Virus record (IMG/VR): IMGVR_UViG_3300033806_000075
Source: an uncultured virus (IMG/VR IMGVR_UViG_3300033806_000075)
Lineage: Duplodnaviria; Heunggongvirae; Uroviricota; Caudoviricetes
DNA: 64,000 nt
Direction: 5' to 3' (one strand)
A model generated the notes under the pieces. That model was not told where the DNA came from. It saw nothing but the letters and a program-made list of their open reading frames with translations, and did not search any database. Positions 1 to 11,251 of the stretch are shown here, piece after piece. Position 1 is the first letter of the stretch. Each line of letters starts with the position of its first letter. A program made the translations under genes and the position numbers.

Positions 1-2
1 CC

Positions 3-1286
<1,284 letters not shown>

Positions 1287-1300
1287 AGCAGTAGAAACGT

Positions 1301-1660
1301 GTGGCAAATCGGAACCCGCGACGAGAGAACCTTAAGCCCCAGAAGTGGCCCGCAGGAGTCTCTGGCAACCCCGATGGCTACTCCCGGCAACGGCGAGTCA
1401 CCGATGCGATCCACAAGCTGATCGAGGACCAGAACCTCGCTCCGACGATCGGCCTGGTCGTCATCGCCAAGGCGACCGGCGACCTGAAAGTCCTGGGGAA
1501 CCGCCAGCCTGACATCGACTGGGCGCGGCTCCTTCTGCTCGATCTACTCGGCGAGGGCGGGTCAATTCCGAACGACGCGTCCGACGACATTATCACGCTT
1601 CGATCACATCTTGACGGCGTCAAAGGAAAGCATCGTCGCAAGCCTCGAGGGGCTCGCTAG
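1301..1660 (+). CDS. Putative terminase small subunit (DUF5681-like)
   Basis: ENLKPQKWPAGVSGNPDG motif; lies directly upstream of the large subunit. Confidence 0.7.
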   Translation: MANRNPRRENLKPQKWPAGVSGNPDGYSRQRRVTDAIHKLIEDQNLAPTIGLVVIAKATGDLKVLGNRQPDIDWARLLLLDLLGEGGSIPNDASDDIITLRSHLDGVKGKHRRKPRGAR

Positions 1661-3122
1661 CTACTGGGGTGTGACCCTGGCGACCGAGCCGGTCTGCGCA
1701 GGGCATAGCGCGCCGGCGCTCATGGTCCAGCAGCTCGTGGTGGATCGCCTGCCCACGGTGCTTTGGCAGGGTCCCCGCGGCGGGGGCAAGAGCTTCAACG
1801 CTTCCTTCGGCACCTGGATCGACAGCCAGCAGTATGACGATCACGGCACCTGCATCCTGGGTGGCTCCCGCGCTCAGTCCGAGCAGATCTACAAGGCGCT
1901 CGATCGATTCGATGCTTGCCATCCGAGGCGAAGCCCGCTGGTGAGCTTCACCAAGCAGGAAGCCCGCTTCAAGACCGGCAGCACCGTTTCAGTTCTGGCT
2001 GCCTCCCCACGATCCGTCCGCGGCCCGCACGTGCCCTCGCTCAAGCTTGATGAAGTCGATGAGATGGACGAGGACATCCGGGAATCGGCCATGGGCATGG
2101 CCATGGGCATGCCCGGGACGCCGGCGTCCGTATGCATGACCTCCACATGGCATAAGGTCGGCGGCCCGATGGCAGCCCTGATGGAGCGGGCCAAGGAGGG
2201 AGCATTCCCAGTCCACACGTTCTGCATTTTTGAGGTTTTGGAGCGATGCCCCGATGAACGGTCCGGCCGCGGAATGGAGCGGTGTCCTGGCTGTCCTCTG
2301 CTGGATCATTGCCATGCTGACCGCGACGTCCATCCATCGGGCCTGCCGAAAGCCAAGCGAAGCCGCGGGCACTATCCGATCGACTCGCTCATCCAGAAGA
2401 TCAAGGGTTTATCAGCCCGTGTTTTCGCATCCGATTTCCTCTGCACGGCGCCGCGAGCAGCGGGATCGTGGTTCACGGCCTGGGACGATCGAAACGTTTC
2501 GCTCGCAGCGGAGATGGACCCGGCACTCCCCGTTCACGTAGCCGTCGACAGCGGCGTCTTTACAGGCGCGGTCTTCTTCCAGATTCGGCACCAACAGGGC
2601 AAGGCTGGCAGCCCGAGCGTGAACGTCTTCGATGAGTACCTGGCCGAAGGGCTCTCTGCCGAAGAGAACGCTAAGGCGATCCGCCAGCAGATTGAGAATC
2701 GATGCGCCTGGCAGCGACGGATCGTGTCCACGGACTCGGCCGGCGGCGCCCGCAATCCGCTTGGCCCAACTGTGATCGCGGAGTACGTGCGGGCCGGCCT
2801 AACGGGCGATGGTGGCATCCGGCACTGGCCGAGCTATCCCGGCAGTGTGACGGCGGGACTGGCCACGCTCGAGGCCTTGGTGCGATCGGCCGACGGCGGC
2901 GTGCACATCCAGATTCACCCCCGGTGTGTGCGGCTCAACGAGGCCATGCACAGCTACGCCCGGGCCAAGCGTGGCGGTCAGTGGCAGGATTACCCGCAGG
3001 ACCCGCAGCACCCGCACGAGGACTTGGTGGACGCACTCCGCGGCGGCGTCGCCGTCGAGCTACCCCGGGGTCGCGAACCCCAGCGCCAGCACAGGCACAT
3101 GGCGGCAGGACGGGTGTTTTGA
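1611..3122 (+). CDS. terL: Terminase large subunit
   Basis: Walker A GPRGGGKS, Walker B LKLDEVD, coupling motif STW, RNase H-like VAVDSG...DLVDALR. Start codon uncertain. Confidence 0.9.
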   Translation: MTASKESIVASLEGLASYWGVTLATEPVCAGHSAPALMVQQLVVDRLPTVLWQGPRGGGKSFNASFGTWIDSQQYDDHGTCILGGSRAQSEQIYKALDRFDACHPRRSPLVSFTKQEARFKTGSTVSVLAASPRSVRGPHVPSLKLDEVDEMDEDIRESAMGMAMGMPGTPASVCMTSTWHKVGGPMAALMERAKEGAFPVHTFCIFEVLERCPDERSGRGMERCPGCPLLDHCHADRDVHPSGLPKAKRSRGHYPIDSLIQKIKGLSARVFASDFLCTAPRAAGSWFTAWDDRNVSLAAEMDPALPVHVAVDSGVFTGAVFFQIRHQQGKAGSPSVNVFDEYLAEGLSAEENAKAIRQQIENRCAWQRRIVSTDSAGGARNPLGPTVIAEYVRAGLTGDGGIRHWPSYPGSVTAGLATLEALVRSADGGVHIQIHPRCVRLNEAMHSYARAKRGGQWQDYPQDPQHPHEDLVDALRGGVAVELPRGREPQRQHRHMAAGRVF

Positions 3123-3164
3123 CCAGCTTGCACGCACTAGGCATGCTTACCGAGAACCCGAAAC

Positions 3165-3359
3165 ATGATCTCGATGGCAGGTCCGATGCAGGAAATGCTT
3201 GGCTTTGTGTGCGTTGTGGCGATCATTTTCTTGATTCTGGCGATGCTGATTCGGATGGCCATTGTCATGTCTATCATCATTGATGAAACCGCACGGTGGC
3301 TTGCGGAGCAAATCCGCGAGTCAGGACCCAAGCCTCGCCGAGATCACACTCGCCGTTAG
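3165..3359 (+). CDS. Small membrane protein
   Basis: Long hydrophobic stretch followed by a basic tail. Confidence 0.4.
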   Translation: MISMAGPMQEMLGFVCVVAIIFLILAMLIRMAIVMSIIIDETARWLAEQIRESGPKPRRDHTRR

Positions 3360-3751
3360 CCAGGTCCGAGGTTGTGCTTAAACACTATGGCGCGAAGCCA
3401 GCAAACGTCGGCGATCAGCCTTTCGAGATCGTGCTCTATCCGGTCGAGAGACCTGCGGGTGTACACCGCCTTGGCAGCTTCAAAACTGAAGAACAACTCC
3501 GCCGCCGAATCTGAGATTGTCTCTGTAAAATCATCATCCTGCCTCACCTCTCCGGTTAACTCATTGACGATCCCGGATAGCAATAACGTGCCGTCTTTCG
3601 CGCGGCGCAGCTTGCCTTGCCACGGTTCGCGCATCTTGTGGATGTCGGGCGCATGATTCGCAGCTTTGATCGATGGAAGAAGACACCAAAATATGGCACC
3701 GTCCTCAAGATCCGCACTGCCTGGCTTCGGCATGTTCATGTACGTGACCAT
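3356..3751 (-). CDS. Hypothetical protein (antisense moron between terL and portal)
   Basis: 131-aa ORF of lower GC with GGAGG upstream on the minus strand; fills the gap. Confidence 0.5.
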   Translation of the reverse strand: MVTYMNMPKPGSADLEDGAIFWCLLPSIKAANHAPDIHKMREPWQGKLRRAKDGTLLLSGIVNELTGEVRQDDDFTETISDSAAELFFSFEAAKAVYTRRSLDRIEHDLERLIADVCWLRAIVFKHNLGPG

Positions 3752-3830
3752 CTGCTAACGCCTCCGTATTTTCTCTCGCATCTCTCCGATCACCGTGCCT
3801 CATCTCCATAAGACTATCCCATTCTAGCAC

Positions 3831-5681
3831 GTGCCTGACACATCCCCAACGCAGCAAGTCTTGTGGCCGCGCATCGCAGGGATGCCGTCCACGCTGGACC
3901 TGGCGATCACGCTGCCCGACGGCACCAAGATCATGGAGCCGCACAAGGAGTGGCGGCGGAACGCTATCCGCTGGCGATGGCTCGTCGACTCGTGGGAGGC
4001 CGGCGAAGTCTACCGCCTGGCCGAGTACGGCAAAGACCGGCGCGGTTGGCCGATCCACAACCTGATTCGCCACAAGCGGGAATATCCCGACCCCTACGAG
4101 ACCGGGTACACGCCTTACGAGAGCCGCCGGCCTGGTACCGACCAGTACGCCGCCGCTGCCGACTCCGACGATTACCAGCTCCGCCTGGCCCGTACGCCGG
4201 TCCCCACCCACCTAGCGGACGCGATCGAAGAAATCCTGGGCAAGATTTACGAGCGCGAAGTCACGCGCACGACCACTAGCCCGCTGCTAGCCAACTGGTG
4301 GAAAAACGTGGACGGGCGCGGGACTGACATCGACCGCTGGATGCAGGACACGTTCGCGCCTCTACTCCTGAGTCTGGCGAACCTCGACGCGGCTTTCGAT
4401 CACCCTCAGCCGCCTGAGGGCGTACAAATCATCTCTCGCGATGACGAGCTGCGGTACAAGCTCGGTGCCTGCCTGGCTTCGATAGTGCTGCCGACAGAGG
4501 TCGTCTGGTGGGAGCTCGATGCGGCCGGCGACTACAGCCGGATCCTAGTGCGCGAGACGCGCTGCAAAATCGATAAGCGGGGCAGCCACGATGAGGAGGA
4601 CGTCTACCGGTACTGGGACGGCTCGCAGTGGATCTTGTACGAGGCCAAGGGCAAGGAGATCGACCGCCGCGACCACCGATTCGGCCGTGTGCCCATCGTG
4701 AGAGTGTTCGACCAGCGGCGTCCGCGCTCAGCAAACGTCGGCAAGCCTCGATTTGAATCGATCGCCGAGCGGCAGCGTGAGGTCTATAACCTCGACTCCG
4801 AGCGCATCCTCTCCAACACGCTCCAGGCGCACCCGATCACGCAGGGCCCGGAGGATTATGCGTCCGGCGACAAGCAGGTGCCGCTTGGCCCGGATTACAT
4901 GCTCCCGATGAAGAAAGTCGAGGGAATGGGCGGGCAGACCTTCTACCAAGAATGGAAGGTTCTCGATTTCCCGAAGGGCGCGGCAGAGGAACTCCGCACG
5001 TGCATGCACGATCAGGAAGAGGCAATCGACCGCACGGCGCATCTGACCAAACCAGCCGGAGCCACAGGTGCAACAGGTCGCGTTGTCGGTCAGAGCGGCA
5101 TCTCCAAGCGCCTTGACCATCAGACTGGCAATGCGTTTCTGGCAAAACTCTCCCGGGTGCTCAAAAACGCGGAACGGAAGATAGCCGAGTTTGCCCTATC
5201 GGTTTTGACGGAGGATCGTCTTACGCCGGCGCAGTTCGCCGCTGAGGTCAATGCCATCACGATTGGCTACCCGACACAGTTTGACCTCTTCGACGCCAGC
5301 GAACTCTCCAAGGCGATCACCGAGTTTCAGTCGATCGCTGCGTCGGCCGGGGCCATGCCGGAGATTGAGGGCGAGATGCTGGCCTCTCTCGTCCGCACGA
5401 TCCTACCTGGCCGCGATGATGACCAGTACACATTATATGACAAAGAGATTGAACGATACTTAGCCGCGCGGGCGCGCGATATTGCACAGTCCCGCGAAGG
5501 CAGCTTAGCCGCGCCCAGCGCAGGAGAAGGAAGTGGCCGAGGAAGCAGCGGTGGTCCCGCCTGGAGCGGACCAGCCCAACCCATCGTCGAGCCCAGCGAC
5601 ACAGCCGGTGACCTCGACGAACCCGCCAGCGACAACGCACCAGTCGAATCCGGCAAGTCCGCAGACGGCACCGCCGCCTAA
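3831..5681 (+). CDS. Portal protein
   Basis: Position after terL, size, WWKNVDGRGTDID and QSGISKRLD motifs typical of SPP1-like portals. Confidence 0.85.
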   Translation: MPDTSPTQQVLWPRIAGMPSTLDLAITLPDGTKIMEPHKEWRRNAIRWRWLVDSWEAGEVYRLAEYGKDRRGWPIHNLIRHKREYPDPYETGYTPYESRRPGTDQYAAAADSDDYQLRLARTPVPTHLADAIEEILGKIYEREVTRTTTSPLLANWWKNVDGRGTDIDRWMQDTFAPLLLSLANLDAAFDHPQPPEGVQIISRDDELRYKLGACLASIVLPTEVVWWELDAAGDYSRILVRETRCKIDKRGSHDEEDVYRYWDGSQWILYEAKGKEIDRRDHRFGRVPIVRVFDQRRPRSANVGKPRFESIAERQREVYNLDSERILSNTLQAHPITQGPEDYASGDKQVPLGPDYMLPMKKVEGMGGQTFYQEWKVLDFPKGAAEELRTCMHDQEEAIDRTAHLTKPAGATGATGRVVGQSGISKRLDHQTGNAFLAKLSRVLKNAERKIAEFALSVLTEDRLTPAQFAAEVNAITIGYPTQFDLFDASELSKAITEFQSIAASAGAMPEIEGEMLASLVRTILPGRDDDQYTLYDKEIERYLAARARDIAQSREGSLAAPSAGEGSGRGSSGGPAWSGPAQPIVEPSDTAGDLDEPASDNAPVESGKSADGTAA

Positions 5682-6279
5682 CAGTGTCTACATCGAGGCT
5701 AGCGACTACCGCAACCTCCTGCATGAGCTCGCCTCGTTGCGGGACTTCAGGTCGAGTACCGAGCGAGAGATCGAGGTTAAAGAGCAGCTCCGTCTCAAGG
5801 CCCTGGCCGAAAAGGGACAGACCGAGGAAGCGCTGAATCAGCAGCGTGTCGCGTTTGAAAAGAAACTCGCTGACGCCCAGAGCCGGGGTGCCAAGATCGA
5901 GCAGGACTGGCTTGGCGAGAAGCTGGAAAGCGCGATTGCAGCGGGACTCACCGGGCGCACGTTCGTCGGGGAAGACCCCGTCGGAACTGCAGATATCGTT
6001 CGCACCGTTCTCCGCAGTGAGCTGGAAGCCGTGATCGACGCATCCGGTAAGCCGATTGTCCGGCATAAGGGCACCCTTCGGCCTGCTACCGAATATATTC
6101 CCGAGCGGCTTCAATCCCGTCAGCTCGCGCCATTCCTGGCCGCGTCCAGCAAGGGTGGCACTGCTCCGGCAGGCGGTCCGCCGGCCAAGGGAGGCGAAGG
6201 CGAGAAGGTACCGCCCAAGGACCTCAAGACCCGACTGGCCGACGCGCTTAAGGACCAGTACCGCCAGCACATTCGATGA
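5533..6279 (+). CDS. Capsid scaffolding protein
   Basis: GGAG-led GTG start, Pro/Thr-rich N-terminus and coiled coil; lies between portal and capsid gene. Confidence 0.7.
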   Translation: MAEEAAVVPPGADQPNPSSSPATQPVTSTNPPATTHQSNPASPQTAPPPNSVYIEASDYRNLLHELASLRDFRSSTEREIEVKEQLRLKALAEKGQTEEALNQQRVAFEKKLADAQSRGAKIEQDWLGEKLESAIAAGLTGRTFVGEDPVGTADIVRTVLRSELEAVIDASGKPIVRHKGTLRPATEYIPERLQSRQLAPFLAASSKGGTAPAGGPPAKGGEGEKVPPKDLKTRLADALKDQYRQHIR

Positions 6280-6344
6280 TCCCACCGAACCAAAGTTTCA
6301 CATCTTCGCTCTGTGACAATTCGGACTAGGAAGAGGAACAAGAG

Positions 6345-7487
6345 ATGGCCTACAACGTCGGCCTCACCGGCCCGTACCCATTTGACGCGGACATCAAGCC
6401 CAGCCTGTTCGCCGCGGCTGTGAATTTCTATCCCAACCGCACGCCGCTGGTCTCACGCCTGCCCAACTATCCCACCAATGCCAATGTCATCAAGGCAGTC
6501 GACGACAAGTACCGTGCGTCGAAAACGACCATCAATCAGGCCAATGGCATCACCAACAGCGATACGTCGGTAATCCTCACTGATGCCACCTTTCTTACGG
6601 TCGGCGACGTGCTCAATCTTGGGACCGAAGCCGTCCAAGTCACGGCGGTGGACGCGACCAACAACACAGTGACGATCACCCGTGGCTACGGTGGCTCAAC
6701 CGCCGCGGCCCATGCCAATAGCCTTGCTACTTACCTGATCGCCACGGCAGCAACCGGCGCGGATGTTGACCTCAGCGCGAATCAGCGACAGTTTGACACG
6801 ACATTGACTTATCCTCAGACGGTGCAGCACGCCTATCAGATCGGTGGCTCGCTCGAAGGCAAGTCGGGCAACGCTGCGATCCCGATGGGCATGTCGAGCT
6901 TCGTCTCCTATCAGGTTGCGAAGGCGACCATGGAGGTGCTAGACGACTTCGAGCGTTCAATCTACTACGGCGTGCCACAAGCGATCAGCTCCAACACAGC
7001 TCGCCCAATGATGTGCGGCATCGCCAATCGCCTTACCACAAACAAGACAACGTCTCCCACTAACGCGTCAGCCTACAAGCCAAGCGACCTCGAGCGCGAC
7101 CTCTTCCAGACGGCCTACGCCGGTGGCGGCCAGCCAGATCTTATGGTCTGCTCGACCGACTTCCGCCAGGGATTCACCGTCTGGGGCGTTAACCTGCTAC
7201 TCTTGCGGCCTGGCGACACGGCCTTCGGCATCGATATCGAAGTCTGGCAAAGCCCGGTCGTCAACGCCAAGATCATCTTCGCGCCGCTGCTTCGGTCCGG
7301 TACGGCCTTCTGCCTCACCAGCGAGGAGATCTACATGGCCTGGGCTCGTGAGGTGTTCGACAAGCCACGAGGCTCCCGCGGTGACGCGTTCGAAGGCGAT
7401 ATCATCGGCGAAGGGTCGGTGGTCCTGAATAACGAAGCGCACCATGCCTGGGTCGAGGGTGTGACGGGCTTCGCCAAGCAGTCCTAA
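6345..7487 (+). CDS. Major capsid protein (DUF5309/SU10-like) with an inserted beta-rich domain
   Basis: Follows the scaffold; TPLVSRL, YPQTVQHAYQIGGS, DFERSIYYG, R.MCGI and GDAFEGDIIGEGSV resemble this HK97-fold family. Confidence 0.82.
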   Translation: MAYNVGLTGPYPFDADIKPSLFAAAVNFYPNRTPLVSRLPNYPTNANVIKAVDDKYRASKTTINQANGITNSDTSVILTDATFLTVGDVLNLGTEAVQVTAVDATNNTVTITRGYGGSTAAAHANSLATYLIATAATGADVDLSANQRQFDTTLTYPQTVQHAYQIGGSLEGKSGNAAIPMGMSSFVSYQVAKATMEVLDDFERSIYYGVPQAISSNTARPMMCGIANRLTTNKTTSPTNASAYKPSDLERDLFQTAYAGGGQPDLMVCSTDFRQGFTVWGVNLLLLRPGDTAFGIDIEVWQSPVVNAKIIFAPLLRSGTAFCLTSEEIYMAWAREVFDKPRGSRGDAFEGDIIGEGSVVLNNEAHHAWVEGVTGFAKQS

Positions 7488-7492
7488 GCTCC

Positions 7493-8200
7493 GTGGATCG
7501 GCCCAAGATCTTCCTTGGAATGCCTCGTTACGGCGCCGTTGAGTTCGGCGCTGCAGCGAGGTTCTTTGCGTCTTCTACTCGGACCAACATCCCCGAGGAG
7601 TTTTGCGTCGACATCGTGCGACTGCAAGACCTGTGCACATCAGCAACCCCCCACACGTTCAATGGCCTCATTGCCGAGGCTTTGGATTGGTACGACGACG
7701 GCATGGCCACTCACTACGGCCAGATTCACAGCGACGTGGTACCGCGAGGTCCATGGCTAAACCAGCACTACGCTGAGATGCGGCTGACCGGAGCCGCTCT
7801 TGTAGCGACCAACATCTCAATCAAGAACGAGACCGGCAAGACTTCAACAGCGGTTGGCCAGCGGTCCAACCCATGGCGTGTGTCACGGTGGATCACTCGA
7901 AAGGACTTGCGCGATCTTCCTGATACCTTCGGCACCACCGACGTCGCAAAGACCGATGACGACCTGCTCCTGATCAACACCGGGCTGATCCTCGTTGATC
8001 TGTCGCACGACTGTTGGCGGAATTGGACCGGCTTTGAGTATCGCACGCGGATCATCAAGGGGCCGAATGGTCGCGAGTGCCAGTTTCAGCCTGAGGACTG
8101 GCTGCTCTCGCGCTACCTGGATCGGTGCGGTGCCAAGTATGTCGCGACATCGAAGGTTCGGTGCGAGCATATCGGACCCAAGGGATACACCACAGAGTAA
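7493..8200 (+). CDS. Glycosyltransferase-like protein (GT-A fold)
   Basis: KIFLGMP start, HSD at the DxD position, NTGLILVD, EDW, and a terminal H.G motif. Confidence 0.6.
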   Translation: MDRPKIFLGMPRYGAVEFGAAARFFASSTRTNIPEEFCVDIVRLQDLCTSATPHTFNGLIAEALDWYDDGMATHYGQIHSDVVPRGPWLNQHYAEMRLTGAALVATNISIKNETGKTSTAVGQRSNPWRVSRWITRKDLRDLPDTFGTTDVAKTDDDLLLINTGLILVDLSHDCWRNWTGFEYRTRIIKGPNGRECQFQPEDWLLSRYLDRCGAKYVATSKVRCEHIGPKGYTTE

Positions 8201-8203
8201 TCC

Positions 8204-8629
8204 ATGAGTCGCTATCAATACCTTGGCTATAAGCACTATCTAAAGAATCACGAGATCAGCCCGCGTACTGAGCACTGGGCTGGGGACACGCCTCTCTTGC
8301 GTGAAGTGTCTGACCTTGTCGGCCAGGCGTATGGCGCCGCACCTGAGCATGCCGCCGGCATCCTTGCGGCGGCACAAGAAAGATTTGACGCTCTCAAAGT
8401 GGCTGTCCTGACAGCCCAAACCATCCTGGTGGAAGCTTATGATCGACTCACCCCAGCTCCACCGGCCGCTGATCTCCATTGTGATGCCAGTTCGCGGCCG
8501 GACGAAGTTTCTTCGCCAGTCTCTGGGCTCAGTTTTGACTCAGGACACGGGCTGGGAGGAGATGGAGATCCTCATCCAGGAGAACCCCACGGCAGACGGC
8601 GAGTACCCCGTCAAGAAAATCGCCACTGA
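8204..8629 (+). CDS. Hypothetical protein
   Basis: ATG 3 nt after the previous stop; the C-terminal third overlaps the next gene and may be read-through. Confidence 0.5.
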   Translation: MSRYQYLGYKHYLKNHEISPRTEHWAGDTPLLREVSDLVGQAYGAAPEHAAGILAAAQERFDALKVAVLTAQTILVEAYDRLTPAPPAADLHCDASSRPDEVSSPVSGLSFDSGHGLGGDGDPHPGEPHGRRRVPRQENRH

Positions 8630-9242
8630 GCTGGCAAGTGAGCGCGGCCGGCCGATCTGTTACGAGGCGAACGAACAAGACATCGGGCTCTACCCATCGA
8701 CCAACCGCGCGATCCGACGATCGACGGGACAGTGGATTCACATTCTGCATGACGATGACTGGACGCTCCCGCCGTTCTACGCGCGTGTGACCGAGGCCAT
8801 TTCGCAAGCACCGCCGAGTACCGGCGCGGTCTTCACGGACTACGTCAACCACAACCAGCTAAAGCACACGATCTGGCAGCCACCACCGTTCGGGCACACA
8901 CCAGGGCTCATGGGCGTAGAGTTCCTCGGCCGACTGACCCGCGGCAATCCCCTACAGATCGTGGCTGTGGTCTTCAGCCGCGAAGCTTTCGACACGATCG
9001 GGCCATTCGCCGAGGACCTCCCGCACACGGGCGACTGGGAGTGGTGGCTTCGCTCCTTCTGCTGGTACGACTGGTGGCACATCCCCGAGCCGCTGGCGCG
9101 ATTTCGCATCCACGAGTCGAACATGACGCACGAGGACATCAGGACCGGGCAGCGCGATCGCGACGACCGCGAGATGGGTCGTCGCATCCCCAAGATCGTC
9201 TTCGGAGCGATGAGGCGCGGGAAGAAAAGAGCACTCGCATGA
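8439..9242 (+). CDS. Glycosyltransferase family 2
   Basis: ISIVMPV, QSLGSVLTQ, ILHDDD, GDWEWWLR, LARFRIH. Confidence 0.88.
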   Translation: MIDSPQLHRPLISIVMPVRGRTKFLRQSLGSVLTQDTGWEEMEILIQENPTADGEYPVKKIATELASERGRPICYEANEQDIGLYPSTNRAIRRSTGQWIHILHDDDWTLPPFYARVTEAISQAPPSTGAVFTDYVNHNQLKHTIWQPPPFGHTPGLMGVEFLGRLTRGNPLQIVAVVFSREAFDTIGPFAEDLPHTGDWEWWLRSFCWYDWWHIPEPLARFRIHESNMTHEDIRTGQRDRDDREMGRRIPKIVFGAMRRGKKRALA

Positions 9243-10069
9243 GCGTCAAATTCACGGGGTTTTCCGGCCTACAAACAAATCCCCAGCACACGCTCCTCGT
9301 CAACCAGGACACTTGGTGCATCTCGTTCTTCTTCCGCCTCGCGGCCGGATCATCGACCGATTCACAGATATTAAACCAGACATTCATACTGACCTGTTGG
9401 CCGGCCTACCCCCAGGCGTCAAGTAAGTCGCCCTTTACCGTAATGCTGATCAGTCTACTGAAGGCTTACGACCCTTCACTCGTCGGCATACTCTGTAGTG
9501 TGTCTGCAGGAGGAGAGGGAGCGGATGCGTTTACAAGCGGCGTCGATGCTTTTGCTGGTCACCACGTACTGGTGTATGGCGTGCCTCGGGAGTTGATCGA
9601 CTCGGATAACCCCGATGAGGGCTACACGCAAGGGCTCTTTATGTATATCGACGGTAGTCCGGTTGACACACTGGATACCGACCTCGGGATTTCCCACAAC
9701 GACCTCTTTCCAGACGGTGGAGCGTCTGCAATCGATCCTTACATACCTGTGGATAATACCAAGGACCCAGACTTCTCCATCCGTCTTGGAAACCCCAATA
9801 TGATCCAGCTCCAACCGGGGTTCTTCGGGCCATCCTACTACCCCGGCCAGGTTTCCTACACACTGGACGACGTTGCAATCTGGCACGAGTTTACACCCCA
9901 GATGGCCGACATCGTAGCCTTGCGCGATCGAGCGAAACGCCCAGGCGACTTTCCGTCTGGGCTTCGCGTTTGGTGGAAGCTCGACGGTACCAGCGGCAAC
10001 GTGAGCGGTGCGGATGCTGACCTTCAAAATGCCGCTTCCGCCGGCGGGCATGATCTCCACATTGTCTGA
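9239..10069 (+). CDS. LamG/concanavalin-like virion protein
   Basis: ATGA overlap start; WCISFFF, HHVLV, MYIDG, LDDVAIW, LRVWWKLD. Confidence 0.6.
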   Translation: MSVKFTGFSGLQTNPQHTLLVNQDTWCISFFFRLAAGSSTDSQILNQTFILTCWPAYPQASSKSPFTVMLISLLKAYDPSLVGILCSVSAGGEGADAFTSGVDAFAGHHVLVYGVPRELIDSDNPDEGYTQGLFMYIDGSPVDTLDTDLGISHNDLFPDGGASAIDPYIPVDNTKDPDFSIRLGNPNMIQLQPGFFGPSYYPGQVSYTLDDVAIWHEFTPQMADIVALRDRAKRPGDFPSGLRVWWKLDGTSGNVSGADADLQNAASAGGHDLHIV

Positions 10070-10692
10070 TGTCGCTTACCTACGACACACAGGTTACTTA
10101 TGGCTCGCTCACCTACGACGCCGCGATCTCAGTGTCAGTGCTCGAGTATGCGCCGGGAATCGTGTACCTTCCGCCCACCGGCACGGGGCCACAGGGAACG
10201 CTGGTTCCCCCGCCGTCGGTCGCGGCGAACTATTCCGGCGAGGCTTTGATCCGCGAGACCATCCGCAAGACTCTGGACGACCTTGACGACTTCGACTTCG
10301 TCTGGGTCGGTGGCCGGCTCGATTACGCCAAGCAGCGGATCGTGCCCAAATCGGCATCCGTGCAGGCTGTTTCGACGCGTGAGGTACGGGGCTATGATTC
10401 CGGACCCGGAAACCTGCGAATCTTCCGAAGCCAGATCAAGATTGGTATCTACGTCAGCAACGTGGACACCGAGGTTCGGGATGCAACGGCTAGTATGTTA
10501 CTCGATGCCGTACGGAAGACGCTCGATTACACCTGTATCGCCGGTCTGACCTGCCCGGAACTGACCAAGATCGAGAGCTGGGAGTGGCACGGGGACACCG
10601 GGGCCAAGCAGACGCCGACTCAGCCAGACATCGCCCCGCCGGTGCGCGAGATCGAGGCTATCCTTTCCTGCGACTGGCTCCAGGGAGCCTGA
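10069..10692 (+). CDS. Putative tail terminator/completion protein
   Basis: TGATG coupling; alpha/beta pattern (IKIGIYV...LLDAVRKTL) like tail-completion proteins. Confidence 0.45.
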   Translation: MSLTYDTQVTYGSLTYDAAISVSVLEYAPGIVYLPPTGTGPQGTLVPPPSVAANYSGEALIRETIRKTLDDLDDFDFVWVGGRLDYAKQRIVPKSASVQAVSTREVRGYDSGPGNLRIFRSQIKIGIYVSNVDTEVRDATASMLLDAVRKTLDYTCIAGLTCPELTKIESWEWHGDTGAKQTPTQPDIAPPVREIEAILSCDWLQGA

Positions 10693-10720
10693 GTGCTTTG
10701 AGTTTTGAGTGTTTCGAGTA

Positions 10721-11251
10721 ATGACTACCAAGCCAACATTCTCGGTCATCGTACCAACAATCGGGCGTCCGACGCTGAGCCGCACGTTGGCGAGCATCGA
10801 TATCCAGCGCATGGTCCCCGGCGACCAGACAATCGTGGTCCATGATGACCCACCGCATCGCGACTGGGGAGCGTGGGCGCGCACCGAGGGCATGAAGCAA
10901 GCAACAGGCGATTTCCTACTTTTCATGGACGACGATGACGTTTACGTGCCTGGAGCCTTCGACGTCATCCGCGCCGCTGTGGCCGCCATTCCCGAGCACG
11001 TCCACATCTTCCGAATGCGACGGTTCGCCCCGTTCAACGACATCCTTTGGGGGTTCAAGGACCTGTCGGCGCCCGGCCAAGTGGGTACACCCATGTTTGT
11101 AGTGCCGAATCGTCGCGATTGGCTAGGGACGTGGTCGACGCGATACGAGTGTGACTTCGACTTCCTGGTCACGACCACGCGCAAAATGGGCCGTAACCCG
11201 ACCTGGCACCAAGACCTAATCGCTGAAGTGTACCCCACACTCGACCGATGA
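10721..11251 (+). CDS. Glycosyltransferase family 2
   Basis: FSVIVPTIGR, ARTEGMKQATGDFLLFMDDDD, DFDF. Confidence 0.85.
   Translation: MTTKPTFSVIVPTIGRPTLSRTLASIDIQRMVPGDQTIVVHDDPPHRDWGAWARTEGMKQATGDFLLFMDDDDVYVPGAFDVIRAAVAAIPEHVHIFRMRRFAPFNDILWGFKDLSAPGQVGTPMFVVPNRRDWLGTWSTRYECDFDFLVTTTRKMGRNPTWHQDLIAEVYPTLDR

Noticed and set aside
8204..8629. Programmed frameshift fusing this ORF to the GT2 gene
   Set aside because: No slippery heptamer found, and the GT2 gene has its own ATG just before its first motif.
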